The notes beneath the pieces were generated by a model that had not been told where the DNA came from, made no database searches, and was given only the letters and a program-made list of their open reading frames with translations. A program made the position numbers and the translations under genes. From NCBI GenBank assembly GCA_030867685.1, contig JAQOWU010000008.1, forward strand, positions 1,674,001 through 1,738,000: DNA of 64,000 nucleotides, given 5' to 3'. This DNA comes from Wickerhamiella versatilis. Taxonomy: Eukaryota. Below are positions 9,528 to 20,662 of this stretch, piece by piece (within the stretch, counting starts at the first letter, position 1; the number at the start of each line of letters is the position of its first letter).

Positions 9528-12500
9528 TTATTCCTGCCTAGCAGGTTTAAGTCGGTGGAGTTTTACTGTGCTCACAATATCTGATGGTAGAGCCGAAATA
9601 TCAACATCCTGGGGCGTTATGAGAATACATTGCATTTGGTGTTTTTGAATACTAGTAGCTAGTAGATTGAGACTCTTTGAGCGGTTAGCCTTGTCCATAA
9701 AAACATCGTATTCATCCATTGCCACTAAACCGGCCTGCATTACTTCCCAGACAGCCATCAGGAGAGCTATCTGTGTAAAACTCTTCTCACCACCGCTCAG
9801 TGAGGATGTATCACGGATGTCTCCATTGGCTCTATCAGGTTTCACGAAAGATTCAACCTTACCCTTTTCATTGGGTCTGTCTTCAATGAGCAGCTCACCA
9901 ATAAAACCACGTTGAGCCAACATAGTAGCAAAATTTCTTCGAACTTTACTTTTTGACGATTCCCACATACGACGCTGCTGCTCATGTCGTTGCGTCGATC
10001 CATCAGTAATTTTGTCCAGAATCTTTCGAGCGCGATCTGTATTCGCTCGTAGAGTATTAAGCTCTATTTCAGCTGTCCTTCTCTCAGATTCTGCCACTGA
10101 GACTGCATCCTCCGCAAGATTGAACTTTTCCTTTTGGGACTCGAGCTGTGTCAATAATTCAGTTCGCTCCAAATCACTTTTACTAGAAAATCGGCTATAA
10201 GCCTCAGGATCCTCGATTGGGGACTTGACACCTAATTTTGCAAAGTCTTCCTCCGTGTCATCACGAGCCTCTATCAACTGTTGCAACTGTTCCTGTAAAT
10301 TTTCTGTCGCCTCAAAGGCAATTCGGATTTCATCACGACGGTTTGCCCGTATAACATCCATTTGACTACTCTTCCGATTGAGGTCGCTCTGTACACGCAA
10401 TAGTTGCTGCTCCTCAGCTTTGAGACGTTTTACCTCATTCACCCAGTGGTCAAAGGCCCTCTGCCTATTAAGCAGTTCCTCCTGAGACTCAGCAAGATAG
10501 TCTTTATCAGGACGGCTGATCTCTGCTCGCCGCAGTCTATCTTGAGTCCTTCTGATTTCATCATTGAAGTCCTCATTCCTATGAGAGTCGTGTTCCACTA
10601 TCTCTTCTCTAACATTGTCGATGTTTCTTTGAAGGGTTTGACGCTCCTCACCCAAATCTCGAAGCCGACGGCTTGCAGAAGCTTTGCTTTTGTTAATGAT
10701 AAACTGTTCACGATGAATTTCATTAATATATTTTTCAATATCCAGCTTACGTCTCTGACCATCCTCTAATGATTTTTTGAGCTCTTTGACACGATTTTCT
10801 AGAGTCATATTCATGCGTGGTGCAAGTCGCAGCCCATATATAGGAATAGTCTCCTGAGCATCTCTTATCTGAGAGCCAGCCCGTAAGAAATTAGTGCCTT
10901 TCTCCTGACGGGTAAATGCAAATCTGACATTAGGATGCTTGTGAGACGGATCAGTGGCTTCCATGGCACCGTGAACAGAATATGCAATTACATTGTGCTC
11001 AATTCTTAATTGATCAACCCACAACCGCTGAACTGCTGGATCTTTAAACTCAAGAACATCAACGAATCGGGCATATTCATTAGAAGTGGGTGGAAGTGAC
11101 GACTGGAAATCATAAGGGTCATCATCGCGCTTGATGATTTGAAGATCGGGAATCTTACACCTAAAAGCGAGTTTTCGAAGCAGTGCTTCGTCTTTACGGG
11201 TTGTAACCCAGAAAGAAGTGACAAGCCTATTAAAAAGACGCTCAAACAATGGTGAATAGTCTACAAATTGGTCACTTATAGTCACAAACCTACCCAAAGG
11301 ACCCAGTGGGTCACGTTCCCATTCGTGATTTGCGATTTCCATCACAAGCTGACGCACCTCTTTCGAATATCCTTGCAGTCTATCCATATTACCATTGTGG
11401 GCACTTTGCAGCTCTTCTTCGAGACGTCGAATCTCGCTATCGATACTATCCTTTTGGTTTTGCAAAGGTCTCACTCGGTCACTTTGTTCACTGCTGCGGT
11501 TCGACGCCTCATCTCGCTCCGTTGCCGCAACGACAAGTTCTCTCTCTACCTCAGTAAGGCGGGTCTCCATCTTCGCAAGTTGAGATTCTAGCTCAGTTCT
11601 CTTAAGCCGCCGAACTTCAGGATCTGCGTCTTGCTGCCTTTGCCTCGTTTGTTGGTATTCCCGCGAGGCATTGATATATTCTTGTTCTGCTATCTTTGCT
11701 TCCTCTTCCTGGCGTTTAATACGATGCTTCATGCGATCAACTTGCCTTTCGCTTTCCAGGACTTGCCCGTCTGCGTAGCTTATTTTCTCGGCTACCTGCT
11801 CTAAGTCACCCTGGCATCTTGCTTGCGCAAGGGATAATTCAGCCTCCTCTCTCTGAAAAGATTCCACATCTTCAAGTCTACGCAATGCATATTCAGCTTC
11901 TTGAAGGTCCTTCCTACCTTTGGCAACAAGCTTATCTTTTTCACACACAGTGGACCATGACTGAAGAGCTTTGAGAATGAGTATATCATTGTCCCATGTT
12001 TCCGATTCTTCAGCTAGTGAAAGAACCCTCTTTGCCTGTGCAATGGTTTTCTCGAGCTGCCGCTCCTTGATATCCGCACTCTGACTTTCAAGCTTTTGAG
12101 CGGTCACAATATTCATTATCTCACGCTCATGCTGAGCGAGTTGTTGCTGATGAAGTGCTGCTCGTAGACGAGCATATTTCAATTGTGGTGACGCGTTCAC
12201 TAAGAATTCCTTGGCGTTTTCTTGGCTTAGCATTGCAATTTGATTCTCAGGGAAAATTCCAAAGTGAAAGCATAATTCTTTAACATCTTGAACACTTCGA
12301 CCCACTATTTTTCCAGCGTGGTTCTTAATAGTAAATTGACTTTCCTTAGGTTTCAAGCGTCGCTCTATCGTAACCTGAGGTCCATAACGTTCCAGAAAAT
12401 GTAGATTGTCCTCAGAAACATGGAAAGTAAGAGTTATGAATGCTGCTTGCGCTCCAGTTTTTATAAAATCTGCAAGTGACTCCCCACGAGCAGTGGAACT

Positions 12501-12683
12501 GGCCCGACCTCCAAGGCCAACCATTATCGAGGTTAAGACCGAGCTTTTGCCACTACCGTTTTTCCCAATGAGAATATTCAGCCCAGGACTGAGGTCTTGC
12601 ACAAACTTCCGGTGGCACATGAAGTTTTCTAGCTCAATGCGGCTCAAATACGACTTTTTCTCAGTATTTTCATCTTCAGGCAT
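9528..12683 (-). CDS. SMC6: Structural maintenance of chromosomes protein 6
   Basis: LENFMCH, Walker A GKNGSGKSS, coiled coils and hinge, LSGGEKSF signature, Walker B MDEYDVFMD. Confidence 0.92.
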   Translation of the reverse strand: MPEDENTEKKSYLSRIELENFMCHRKFVQDLSPGLNILIGKNGSGKSSVLTSIMVGLGGRASSTARGESLADFIKTGAQAAFITLTFHVSEDNLHFLERYGPQVTIERRLKPKESQFTIKNHAGKIVGRSVQDVKELCFHFGIFPENQIAMLSQENAKEFLVNASPQLKYARLRAALHQQQLAQHEREIMNIVTAQKLESQSADIKERQLEKTIAQAKRVLSLAEESETWDNDILILKALQSWSTVCEKDKLVAKGRKDLQEAEYALRRLEDVESFQREEAELSLAQARCQGDLEQVAEKISYADGQVLESERQVDRMKHRIKRQEEEAKIAEQEYINASREYQQTRQRQQDADPEVRRLKRTELESQLAKMETRLTEVERELVVAATERDEASNRSSEQSDRVRPLQNQKDSIDSEIRRLEEELQSAHNGNMDRLQGYSKEVRQLVMEIANHEWERDPLGPLGRFVTISDQFVDYSPLFERLFNRLVTSFWVTTRKDEALLRKLAFRCKIPDLQIIKRDDDPYDFQSSLPPTSNEYARFVDVLEFKDPAVQRLWVDQLRIEHNVIAYSVHGAMEATDPSHKHPNVRFAFTRQEKGTNFLRAGSQIRDAQETIPIYGLRLAPRMNMTLENRVKELKKSLEDGQRRKLDIEKYINEIHREQFIINKSKASASRRLRDLGEERQTLQRNIDNVREEIVEHDSHRNEDFNDEIRRTQDRLRRAEISRPDKDYLAESQEELLNRQRAFDHWVNEVKRLKAEEQQLLRVQSDLNRKSSQMDVIRANRRDEIRIAFEATENLQEQLQQLIEARDDTEEDFAKLGVKSPIEDPEAYSRFSSKSDLERTELLTQLESQKEKFNLAEDAVSVAESERRTAEIELNTLRANTDRARKILDKITDGSTQRHEQQRRMWESSKSKVRRNFATMLAQRGFIGELLIEDRPNEKGKVESFVKPDRANGDIRDTSSLSGGEKSFTQIALLMAVWEVMQAGLVAMDEYDVFMDKANRSKSLNLLATSIQKHQMQCILITPQDVDISALPSDIVSTVKLHRLKPARQE

Positions 12684-12684
12684 A

Positions 12685-12690
12685 ACGCGT
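12685..12690. promoter_or_regulatory. MCB-like element ACGCGT immediately upstream of SMC6
   Basis: Exact MluI box 1 bp from the ATG. SMC genes are typical G1/S MBF targets. Confidence 0.4.
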
Positions 12691-12749
12691 CGTTCGTGTC
12701 ACCTTGAGATTACTAATTCTCGCATACACTAAATAGATTTAAATAATGT

Positions 12750-14330
12750 TTAGGATAAGCGAGGCTCGTTATCCAGCAGTACCGGCTTAAAGACCTTCGT
12801 ATCCAATTCGCTAAACCAGCGTGAGCCAAGCTTGCTTTGGGGTGTCGAAGAATTGTCAGCCTGCATGCCAGTCATGCCCATTGACGGTGTTGTGCTGCGG
12901 GATGGCACCGGTCTAGTGGGCAATGATGCTTCTATATCAAATTCATCGTCAGAATCGGGTTCTTGAGGTACTCCTGTACGGATACCAAAAACCTCCAACA
13001 TTTGCGCAGTTGTACCACCAAACACAACTACAGTAAGTACAACTACCACGAGAACAGCCGCGCGTAGATCATTCGCATATTCTCCTTCTATTCCCGCCGC
13101 TAATGCAACACCAACTGCACCCCGAAGACCTGCCCAAAAGAGCATAAATTGATATTGTTCGGGAATTTCATCTTCTTCTTGTCCACCAGAACTAAAGTTC
13201 ATCACCTTGTTAATTGCTCTTGAAAGGGGAAAAACTGCGGCATATCGTGAGAGGCAAATGCCAATTGAAGTTACAATGATGAGGAATGGCCGGAATCGTA
13301 GCGAATCCTCTGTGAAAAGCGTGAGCCCTAAGTAAATAAAAATAAAATTTTCACTGAGCTGTGCAAGTAATTGAAAGGTGTACTTGATGGCTATTTGCGT
13401 GCGTCGTGTCATGTTATAATAAGCGTAATGCTTGAGGGTAATTCCGCAGAATAGCAGGGATACTATCCCGGACATATGACATCCATTTGAAAAAAAGTAC
13501 GTACCATATGCAAAAAGTAGCACTAAACATGCTTCAATTTGTGGATAGCGACGCACGCGGGTATGCTTGAGAATGAGAGCGGTGAGAATGCCGATAAGGG
13601 ACCCGATCACCAGAGAAATTGCAAAAGTTATGAGGAAGATGCCAATACCTTTGAAGAGAGAACTCAAGTGCATCGTATCTCCTTTAATCTTTTGAGCAGT
13701 TTCGAAAATAACAATGCATACTGCATCATTGAGAAGTGACTCGCCAAATATAATTGTATAGAGCTTGGGATCCACCTGGTATGTGTTGAATATCGAGAGA
13801 ATAGTTACCGGATCTGTAGCGCTCAATGTTGCTCCCATTGCAATAGCATCAACAAATTGAATATGAATTCCTTCCAGCCCCAACACAGTCCATATATATA
13901 CCAGTATTCCTAATACCATGGTGGCCATGAAGGTGCCAACAAACGCAAATGTCAATATACTAAATATATTGCGGAAAAAGTTTGCCTGGTTCAGCTCATA
14001 TCCTGAATTAAGAATGATGGGCGGAAGCAAAATATTGAAGAAGTAGGAGTGACTGAAGCTTAATTGGGACTGAATAAAATGTCCGGGACTAAGACGAATG
14101 ATTAAACCAACTACCATTCCTGTTCCGATGGACATAACACTTTCATGTACCCCCTGAATGCGCTTTGACTGTAAGTAGTAACTCGTCCATAGAGAGACAA
14201 TCAGAAGAAGAATCACGATAAACAATGCCCAAGACTGGTATATCTCCTCTGTTCCAGGGTCGACTGTACCTTCGCTAGGATTTTGAACATCGGCATCGGT
14301 AGAATCGCGCCTAAACAGCGCTGCTAGCAT
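12750..14330 (-). CDS. NHX1: Endosomal Na+(K+)/H+ antiporter
   Basis: FFNILLPPIILNSGY, LSATDPVTILSIF, IFGESLLNDAV and WAGLRGAVGVALA. Confidence 0.96.
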   Translation of the reverse strand: MLAALFRRDSTDADVQNPSEGTVDPGTEEIYQSWALFIVILLLIVSLWTSYYLQSKRIQGVHESVMSIGTGMVVGLIIRLSPGHFIQSQLSFSHSYFFNILLPPIILNSGYELNQANFFRNIFSILTFAFVGTFMATMVLGILVYIWTVLGLEGIHIQFVDAIAMGATLSATDPVTILSIFNTYQVDPKLYTIIFGESLLNDAVCIVIFETAQKIKGDTMHLSSLFKGIGIFLITFAISLVIGSLIGILTALILKHTRVRRYPQIEACLVLLFAYGTYFFSNGCHMSGIVSLLFCGITLKHYAYYNMTRRTQIAIKYTFQLLAQLSENFIFIYLGLTLFTEDSLRFRPFLIIVTSIGICLSRYAAVFPLSRAINKVMNFSSGGQEEDEIPEQYQFMLFWAGLRGAVGVALAAGIEGEYANDLRAAVLVVVVLTVVVFGGTTAQMLEVFGIRTGVPQEPDSDDEFDIEASLPTRPVPSRSTTPSMGMTGMQADNSSTPQSKLGSRWFSELDTKVFKPVLLDNEPRLS

Positions 14331-14543
14331 GTCTTAGTAATATGGGCTCCGCTACACAAGTTCTAGCTCCGAAACAGCTAAGACTATAATTTATGGAAGT
14401 AAATGCTAGCTAGTTATGATTTGTATTGTTGCCACCTTGTAAGTCCTAAAACTGAAATCAGTTCTTATAATCTTATCGTATCCCTAACTTCAATCAGTCC
14501 TTTGTGTGTCAGCACTAGCTTGTTCTCTATATATTATATATTC

Positions 14544-15851
14544 ATGAGCTGCAACCATGTGGAAAGATCAGATTCAATAAAAGCAGCATTTGCACTGGGA
14601 GTTAAGCTTTCTTTTGCAGTTGAATTGGGAACCACTGACTGGAAACCATCATGTACAGTATGTGGTTCCCCCACCTCCGTCGCCTGCTTGACCTGCGGTT
14701 TTTTGGGTTGTGGTCACCATGGACCAGATCATGAACATGCACTTGGCGTTCGCATAAGTTCACGAGGGGAAGGTTTCTTGTGGTGTTTTCGATGTGGAGA
14801 TATAATTACGGACCCCGAATTCGAAGATATCCGTCTCGAAGTGGTGAGTGAAATACTTAGAGTCAACCGTCCACCACGTTTGAAAAATACACATAAGAAA
14901 CGTCCTCCTTATCATGCGCACACAGGTCTAAGAGGATTTTATAACATGGGTGCGACATGTTACATGAATGTAATTCTGCAAGCCCTTATTCACAACCCGT
15001 TGGTCCGCGCCTTCTTTCTTGGAGGGGGCCATGTTAAGGATGCATGTAGCCGTGGTTGGTGTATTTCATGTTGCGTGGACCGAATCTTCACCGAGTTCTT
15101 CAGTGGTCCCGATGTGTCTGGATATGGAATACCGGACTTACTCCTAACAGCAGCACAGAACAAACCAGATCTAACAGGAAGTACTCAGCAGGATGCTCAT
15201 GAATTTGCCCATTTTCTGTTTGATCAGTTCCATACCGCTCATTTTGCTTGCCCTGAATTTCCGGGCAATTCACCTTCCCAGGCTCAAGGATGTCAGTGTG
15301 TAGTACATAGAAATTTTGCCGGGTCGCTAGAAGTCACGCTGGAATGTGCTTCATGTGGCCGGGCAAAATCAGCGAGAGATCCACTATTAGATGTGAGTCT
15401 TGAAGTGCAGCCATTGCTCCACCAAAGTTTTCAGAAATTTACCAGTAAGGAGAAGCTAGGAAGTTATGCCTGTGAGGATTGTGAGCAGCGTAACACCACA
15501 ACGAGATCTGCACTTTTGAAAAATGTTCCTCCAGTCCTTCTCGTTCAGCTCAAACGCTTCAAACACTTGGGGGTCGGTAATGGCAGGAAAATCGACGAGT
15601 TCGAACAGTTTGATTTGGAAATAGATTTGGCGCCGTATACCATCACAAATGAGAAGCATTTATATTATGAATTATATGGTGTGATCACCCATATTGGATC
15701 AATTGACACTGGGCATTATGTATGTATGATGAAGCATGCAACAGGAACTTGGTATCATTTTGATGATAATATTGTAACACCAGTGAGTGTTGATACCGTA
15801 CTAAAAACCAATGCCTATTTGCTCTTTTATATCAAGAAGTGGGCCCTATAG
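14544..15851 (+). CDS. UBP8: SAGA deubiquitinase Ubp8
   Basis: N-terminal ZnF-UBP (MSCNHV...CLTCG), Cys box GLRGFYNMGATCYMN, QQDAHEF and His box GHY...WYHFDD. Confidence 0.88.
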   Translation: MSCNHVERSDSIKAAFALGVKLSFAVELGTTDWKPSCTVCGSPTSVACLTCGFLGCGHHGPDHEHALGVRISSRGEGFLWCFRCGDIITDPEFEDIRLEVVSEILRVNRPPRLKNTHKKRPPYHAHTGLRGFYNMGATCYMNVILQALIHNPLVRAFFLGGGHVKDACSRGWCISCCVDRIFTEFFSGPDVSGYGIPDLLLTAAQNKPDLTGSTQQDAHEFAHFLFDQFHTAHFACPEFPGNSPSQAQGCQCVVHRNFAGSLEVTLECASCGRAKSARDPLLDVSLEVQPLLHQSFQKFTSKEKLGSYACEDCEQRNTTTRSALLKNVPPVLLVQLKRFKHLGVGNGRKIDEFEQFDLEIDLAPYTITNEKHLYYELYGVITHIGSIDTGHYVCMMKHATGTWYHFDDNIVTPVSVDTVLKTNAYLLFYIKKWAL

Positions 15852-15866
15852 AAATTTCCATTAGTA

Positions 15867-18257
15867 ATGCACCCGCGTGTGCTTGATGCGAAATGGTCTA
15901 AAGTATGGAAATTGCATTCACCACAGAAAGCTCGGGTGCCAGTGGCAGGACCTTGGTACCAGCTTTCTATGTTTCCATATCCCAGCGGTCGGTTGCATAT
16001 TGGACACCTCCGAGTCTACAGTATTAGTGATATTCTAGCACGATTCCGCCGTATGCTTGGATATGATGTTGTACATCCTATGGGATGGGATGCTTTCGGG
16101 CTACCAGCGGAAAATGCAGCTCGTGATCGGCATATAAGTCCATCTAAATGGACTCATGAAAATATTGACACAATGCGATCACAGCTGCAAGCTATGTCCA
16201 CAAGTTTTGACTGGGACAGAGAGGTTATTACTTGCAATACCGACTATTACAAGCACACCCAACTTCTTTTCTTGAAACTTTTGAAAAGAGGTCTTGCCTA
16301 TCGTGCCAAGGCTACTGTAAATTGGGATTCTATAGACAATACTGTTTTGGCTAATGAACAGGTAGATGCCCAAGGTCGTTCTTGGCGATCAGGTGCTATT
16401 GTCGAGCAGAGGGAGCTCGAACAATGGTTCATTAAGACCACGGCGTATGCTTCCGAACTGCTGAGCGGCCTTGATAAACTTGATAACTGGCCTGAGAGCG
16501 TCAAATCACAGCAGCGAAACTGGATAGGAAAATCAGAGGGCTTTGAAGTGAATTTCGGTGAAAACATATGGGTTTATACCACAAGGCCTGAGACGCTGGC
16601 CGGTGTAGAATATTTAGCCGTTGGGTCAGATCATCAAAATCCTGTGCCTGCTACGGTTAGGAATCCGCTTACCGGTAAGGAAATACCTATGGTTACAGCA
16701 GATTATGTCTTGTCAAACCATGGGACTGGTATAGTTATGGGGGTACCGGCACATGACGAGAGAGATTTCGCCTTTTGGAAAGCATATCGGGGCGATGATA
16801 GTGATATTAACAGTGTGTATGAGGGAGTAACTCACTTTCCTTACATTGATAAGGATCTTCCTTTCAACGAATTTTCGTTCTTAAAAGGCTGCACCCTTGA
16901 AGGAGCCCGGGAAAAGCTTATGGATCTACTTGGTCCACATAGAATCCGTAAGTCTGTCGCTTGGCGTCTGCACGACTGGTTGATAAGTCGCCAACGATAC
17001 TGGGGTGCACCCATCCCTGTTGTTCATTGTCGTCAATGTGGCATTGTACCCGTTAATGAATCAGACTTACCAGTGAAGCTTCCGCCTCAAGAAGGTGAGG
17101 CTAAGCCTCTTTCCCATATGAATGAATGGCTACATACGCAGTGTCCATCATGCCATGGACCAGCGAAACGGGATCCGGATACAATGGATACTTTTATGGA
17201 TTCTTCATGGTACTATTTCCGATATCTTGACCCAAAGAACTCTACTGAACCATTCAGTAAGGAGGCAACAAAAGATTTCATGCCAGTACATATGTACGTG
17301 GGTGGTGTGGAGCATGCAATTCTTCATCTTCTTTTTGCTAGATTTATGGCATACTTCTGTCGGAATGAGGGTATGTGGAACCCGTCATCATTGCATGGCG
17401 AACCTTTCGCGCGACTGGTTACACAAGGAATGGTACACGGTCGAACCTTTGTAGATGAAGAAACTGGTAAATTCCTAAAGCCTGAGGAAGTTGATGCAGA
17501 GGGCCGCATTATCGCCACTGGACAGATTGCAAAAATTTCTATGGAAAAGATGTCTAAGTCAAAGCATAACGGGGTCGATCCTGGTAGCATAATTGAAAAG
17601 CATGGTGCAGATGCTACTAGAGCTCTCATCCTCTACTCAGCCCCACCATCGGATGTCCTGGAATGGGATGAACAGAAAATTGTGGGAATGAAGCGCTGGC
17701 TTGGTCGCATTCAGAGTCTTGTAAGCACACTCAACATCTGTTCCACCGAGCGTAAACTTTTGGATACGGAGAAGAGGATTTGGAATGAAAATGTCTTTCC
17801 ACTCTGGAGCCACGTGACGAGTACTCTTTCAGAAGCCACCCTACTGAATACAGTTGTTTCGGACTTAATGAAATTGACTAGAGTTTGTCAATCACTATCG
17901 AATGAATCTAGTATTCTTGCTGTCCCAGCGACAGAGGCCCTTCTCAAAATGCTGGCACCCATAGCTCCTGCAAATGCCGAGGAGGCCTGGCAAAACTTGC
18001 TGAGTAGGCAAAAACGTGATTGGACTTCTGTTTTCGCTGAGAGCTGGCCAAAGCTTCAACTTTTCGACATTAGTTCTCAGGAAAAGAGCGCATTAAAATT
18101 CTCTATTAATGGGCGATTTATAAAGATGATCGATGTCCCGCAAGGTCTTGAAGAGGCTGATGTTCTGCGAATACTCAACGCATCGCAGTACGGGACTTTA
18201 AAAAAGGTTATATATCGACCGGAACGGGGTATTCTATCTCTTGTGGTGGTTAGATAA
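15867..18257 (+). CDS. NAM2: Mitochondrial leucyl-tRNA synthetase
   Basis: MFPYPSGRLHIGH (HIGH), KMSKS, TTRPET and VPAHDERD; HLRVYSISD and SWRSGA are fungal mitochondrial-type variants. Confidence 0.93.
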   Translation: MHPRVLDAKWSKVWKLHSPQKARVPVAGPWYQLSMFPYPSGRLHIGHLRVYSISDILARFRRMLGYDVVHPMGWDAFGLPAENAARDRHISPSKWTHENIDTMRSQLQAMSTSFDWDREVITCNTDYYKHTQLLFLKLLKRGLAYRAKATVNWDSIDNTVLANEQVDAQGRSWRSGAIVEQRELEQWFIKTTAYASELLSGLDKLDNWPESVKSQQRNWIGKSEGFEVNFGENIWVYTTRPETLAGVEYLAVGSDHQNPVPATVRNPLTGKEIPMVTADYVLSNHGTGIVMGVPAHDERDFAFWKAYRGDDSDINSVYEGVTHFPYIDKDLPFNEFSFLKGCTLEGAREKLMDLLGPHRIRKSVAWRLHDWLISRQRYWGAPIPVVHCRQCGIVPVNESDLPVKLPPQEGEAKPLSHMNEWLHTQCPSCHGPAKRDPDTMDTFMDSSWYYFRYLDPKNSTEPFSKEATKDFMPVHMYVGGVEHAILHLLFARFMAYFCRNEGMWNPSSLHGEPFARLVTQGMVHGRTFVDEETGKFLKPEEVDAEGRIIATGQIAKISMEKMSKSKHNGVDPGSIIEKHGADATRALILYSAPPSDVLEWDEQKIVGMKRWLGRIQSLVSTLNICSTERKLLDTEKRIWNENVFPLWSHVTSTLSEATLLNTVVSDLMKLTRVCQSLSNESSILAVPATEALLKMLAPIAPANAEEAWQNLLSRQKRDWTSVFAESWPKLQLFDISSQEKSALKFSINGRFIKMIDVPQGLEEADVLRILNASQYGTLKKVIYRPERGILSLVVVR

Positions 18258-18291
18258 TGTATATAAAAAGCAATCTACTCATTTACCATAT

Positions 18292-19554
18292 CTATGACTT
18301 CTTCAAAATAGGACCAGCCGCACCTCCAGGTTTGAACTCGTCCTTAAACTCTGCCAAGGAACCATCCCGATCGATGATAGTTCGGGACCTTATATAGGGG
18401 TCAATGCGATAATACTGGTCCCGAATCCTTTTGATGACTTTGTTACGCTCTTCACGGTATTTGTCGCGCTCAGACGAGTCGTTGGATGTGATAAGGCTCA
18501 AATTAATTTTATCTGCTTCTTCAAACATTTTCACTTGCTCCTCTATCAGTTTATCACGAACATCATGCTCTTCCAAACGATCATTTTCACCTTGATACGG
18601 TGGTTCCCACTCATATTCCCAAGACCTAGTTCCTCCTAATTCTTTCGCCAGTGAGTCTGAGTTGATAAACTTGAGGAGATCTTTTTCATTTTTGGTGAAA
18701 GATATTTTCGATGCAACCACGGGATCTATCCATCCCTTAATGACATTCCAAATGGTTGAAAACACCCATGGCGCACGATGAATGAACAAATAGCCCAGGC
18801 ATTCCGGGTAGTGCGCTTCAAAGCATTTTATTAGGAACTTTACTACATGATAGTCCATATTTCCGAGTCCGAACCCTGTCATATCGAAAATCACCACCGC
18901 AGTCTCAATATAGTCATTCAAACATAACCGGGCAGTCTCTATAACTAGCACAGTCAATCGCTCCATAGCCTCCTCTGACTGTGCTTTCGGGTCGTGAACC
19001 CTTACTCGAATAGTAACGATGGGTCTTCCCTGCTTGTCCTTGCCATGTAATACGACTTTGCCTCGTTTGAATTGATTAATGAATCCTTCATCCGGTTCAA
19101 CGTCAATGTAATATTGCTCTCCCCTTGACATAATGCTATCGACATCAAACTCCTCGACTCTCCAGACCAATGTTAGGCCTAGCATTTCTGCCGATTTCAC
19201 TGTGTCCCACTTGCGCGCCCTCAGAAATCTCAAAAATAGTTGATCTGGGTGGTCACATTGAATCATCTTTTGCAAAGCCCTTTTCAGTTTATGCGTATCC
19301 CTGCCTGAAAATGTCTCCTTTATCGTTTTGACGACTTCAGAAAGGTTCTCAGTGGCAGATTCGACAACCTTCCGACCACCGAATCCGAGACGGCCACCCG
19401 TCTTTTTCTCGAATTCAGGAGCATTCCCGCCGACTTTTGCATCTGGGGGTGCATCACCAAAATATATCATGAATCCCAGTGTCACTTCTCGCAGCTTGTA
19501 GTCCTCCTCAGGGGTCAATGATCCCAAGTGCCCTGGCATCCTTTGTACAGCCAT
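18292..19554 (-). CDS. CSR1: Sec14-family phosphatidylinositol transfer protein
   Basis: DHPDQLFLRFLRARKWD, FDMTGFGLGNMDY and FEAHYPECLG (CRAL-TRIO domain). Confidence 0.88.
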   Translation of the reverse strand: MAVQRMPGHLGSLTPEEDYKLREVTLGFMIYFGDAPPDAKVGGNAPEFEKKTGGRLGFGGRKVVESATENLSEVVKTIKETFSGRDTHKLKRALQKMIQCDHPDQLFLRFLRARKWDTVKSAEMLGLTLVWRVEEFDVDSIMSRGEQYYIDVEPDEGFINQFKRGKVVLHGKDKQGRPIVTIRVRVHDPKAQSEEAMERLTVLVIETARLCLNDYIETAVVIFDMTGFGLGNMDYHVVKFLIKCFEAHYPECLGYLFIHRAPWVFSTIWNVIKGWIDPVVASKISFTKNEKDLLKFINSDSLAKELGGTRSWEYEWEPPYQGENDRLEEHDVRDKLIEEQVKMFEEADKINLSLITSNDSSERDKYREERNKVIKRIRDQYYRIDPYIRSRTIIDRDGSLAEFKDEFKPGGAAGPILKKS

Positions 19555-19742
19555 GGACCTCGCCTAGCAGGTACACAATTTGTCATCACTGGGAATGCCG
19601 CCATTATATAGTTTTATGTCAGGGAAATTACTGTGAGCGGGTTAAACTGGTATTAGACCGCAATGGACGATTATAGGCAATAATTTAGTTTTACTGATGG
19701 TTTTGGACAGAAAATTCACAAAGTGACGTTTATTCATGAATT

Positions 19743-20654
19743 TTATGACAATTTCGCCGTGTTACGCCTGGCTTGGTTTACCCGGGCATTGACCCGATGC
19801 ACATCTTCATCTAGGTCATCCAGCATCTTATTCTGGCGAACAATCTCCTCGTTAATAACATTACCGAGTTCTCGCTGGCGAGAAACTGTGATTCGGAGCT
19901 GCTCAATTTCAGCATCTTGGTTCTCCATAGTCTGCTGCTGGTGGTCCACTAAGCCGTGGTTATTTAGCCGTTTCGTGGTATCTGACTCCCCAAGAACACG
20001 GCCCTGCCGTGGACCATTTCCCTCACCAAACAGACGAACTCGTTCGTTTGTTTTTAAGGTTTCACTGGAGCCATATGAGCTTCTTTGTCCATCTAATCCA
20101 CTTAGGGTTTGCGTATAGTTATCAATCTGGCGCTGGCGACGAGTCCGCTCACCCTGGCCCAAGTTACGGGAGGAGTTCAATAGCTCTTGGAGCTGAGCAG
20201 TGGCAGAATACGCTCTGATTAACTTTTCACGGGCCTGTGTGCCACTCAATCGTTTGACATCCGCAATAATTCGGGATAAGTCGCTCGTTCTTGAAACCCA
20301 CGATGCCCCATCAGCCGACTTGGTGCTCCGGTGGCGCGAGACATCTAGAAATCGTTGGAGGGCTAGTGAATCTGCAAACAAAGGATCCCGGATTAATGCA
20401 CGCAGCATGACTTCAATTGCCATTCTTCTTTCCTCTAATACCTGTTCAGAAGCCCCGAAAGGAAGCCACCGTTTTTGTGGAGGAGGCACCGGACAGACTT
20501 CTGCAACCTCGTACTGCAATTCAGAAGCCAAATTCAAGACATCATTGAACCTATGCTCTACTTCGTAAACATCACCATCACTCAAAGTAACAACGATAGA
20601 GTATAGTGCCGGCGAACCTTTCCTAACTTCAGGTACCGACACACTTGATATCAT
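19743..20654 (-). CDS. VAM7: Vacuolar PX-domain Qc-SNARE
   Basis: N-terminal PX domain (HRFND...EERR...FL) and C-terminal SNARE (QDAEIEQL...[13 protein letters not shown]); no transmembrane segment. Confidence 0.85.
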   Translation of the reverse strand: MISSVSVPEVRKGSPALYSIVVTLSDGDVYEVEHRFNDVLNLASELQYEVAEVCPVPPPQKRWLPFGASEQVLEERRMAIEVMLRALIRDPLFADSLALQRFLDVSRHRSTKSADGASWVSRTSDLSRIIADVKRLSGTQAREKLIRAYSATAQLQELLNSSRNLGQGERTRRQRQIDNYTQTLSGLDGQRSSYGSSETLKTNERVRLFGEGNGPRQGRVLGESDTTKRLNNHGLVDHQQQTMENQDAEIEQLRITVSRQRELGNVINEEIVRQNKMLDDLDEDVHRVNARVNQARRNTAKLS

Positions 20655-20662
20655 TAGTCATT

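Noticed and set aside
14334-14340. TACTAA-type motifs near ATGs read as intron branch points
   Set aside because: They occur in both orientations relative to the gene, often overlap the ATG, and mostly lack a following acceptor or an upstream donor.
15867-18257. Bacterial horizontal origin of the LeuRS gene
   Set aside because: Residues such as HLRVYSISD and SWRSGA fit fungal mitochondrial Nam2 rather than a recent bacterial gene.
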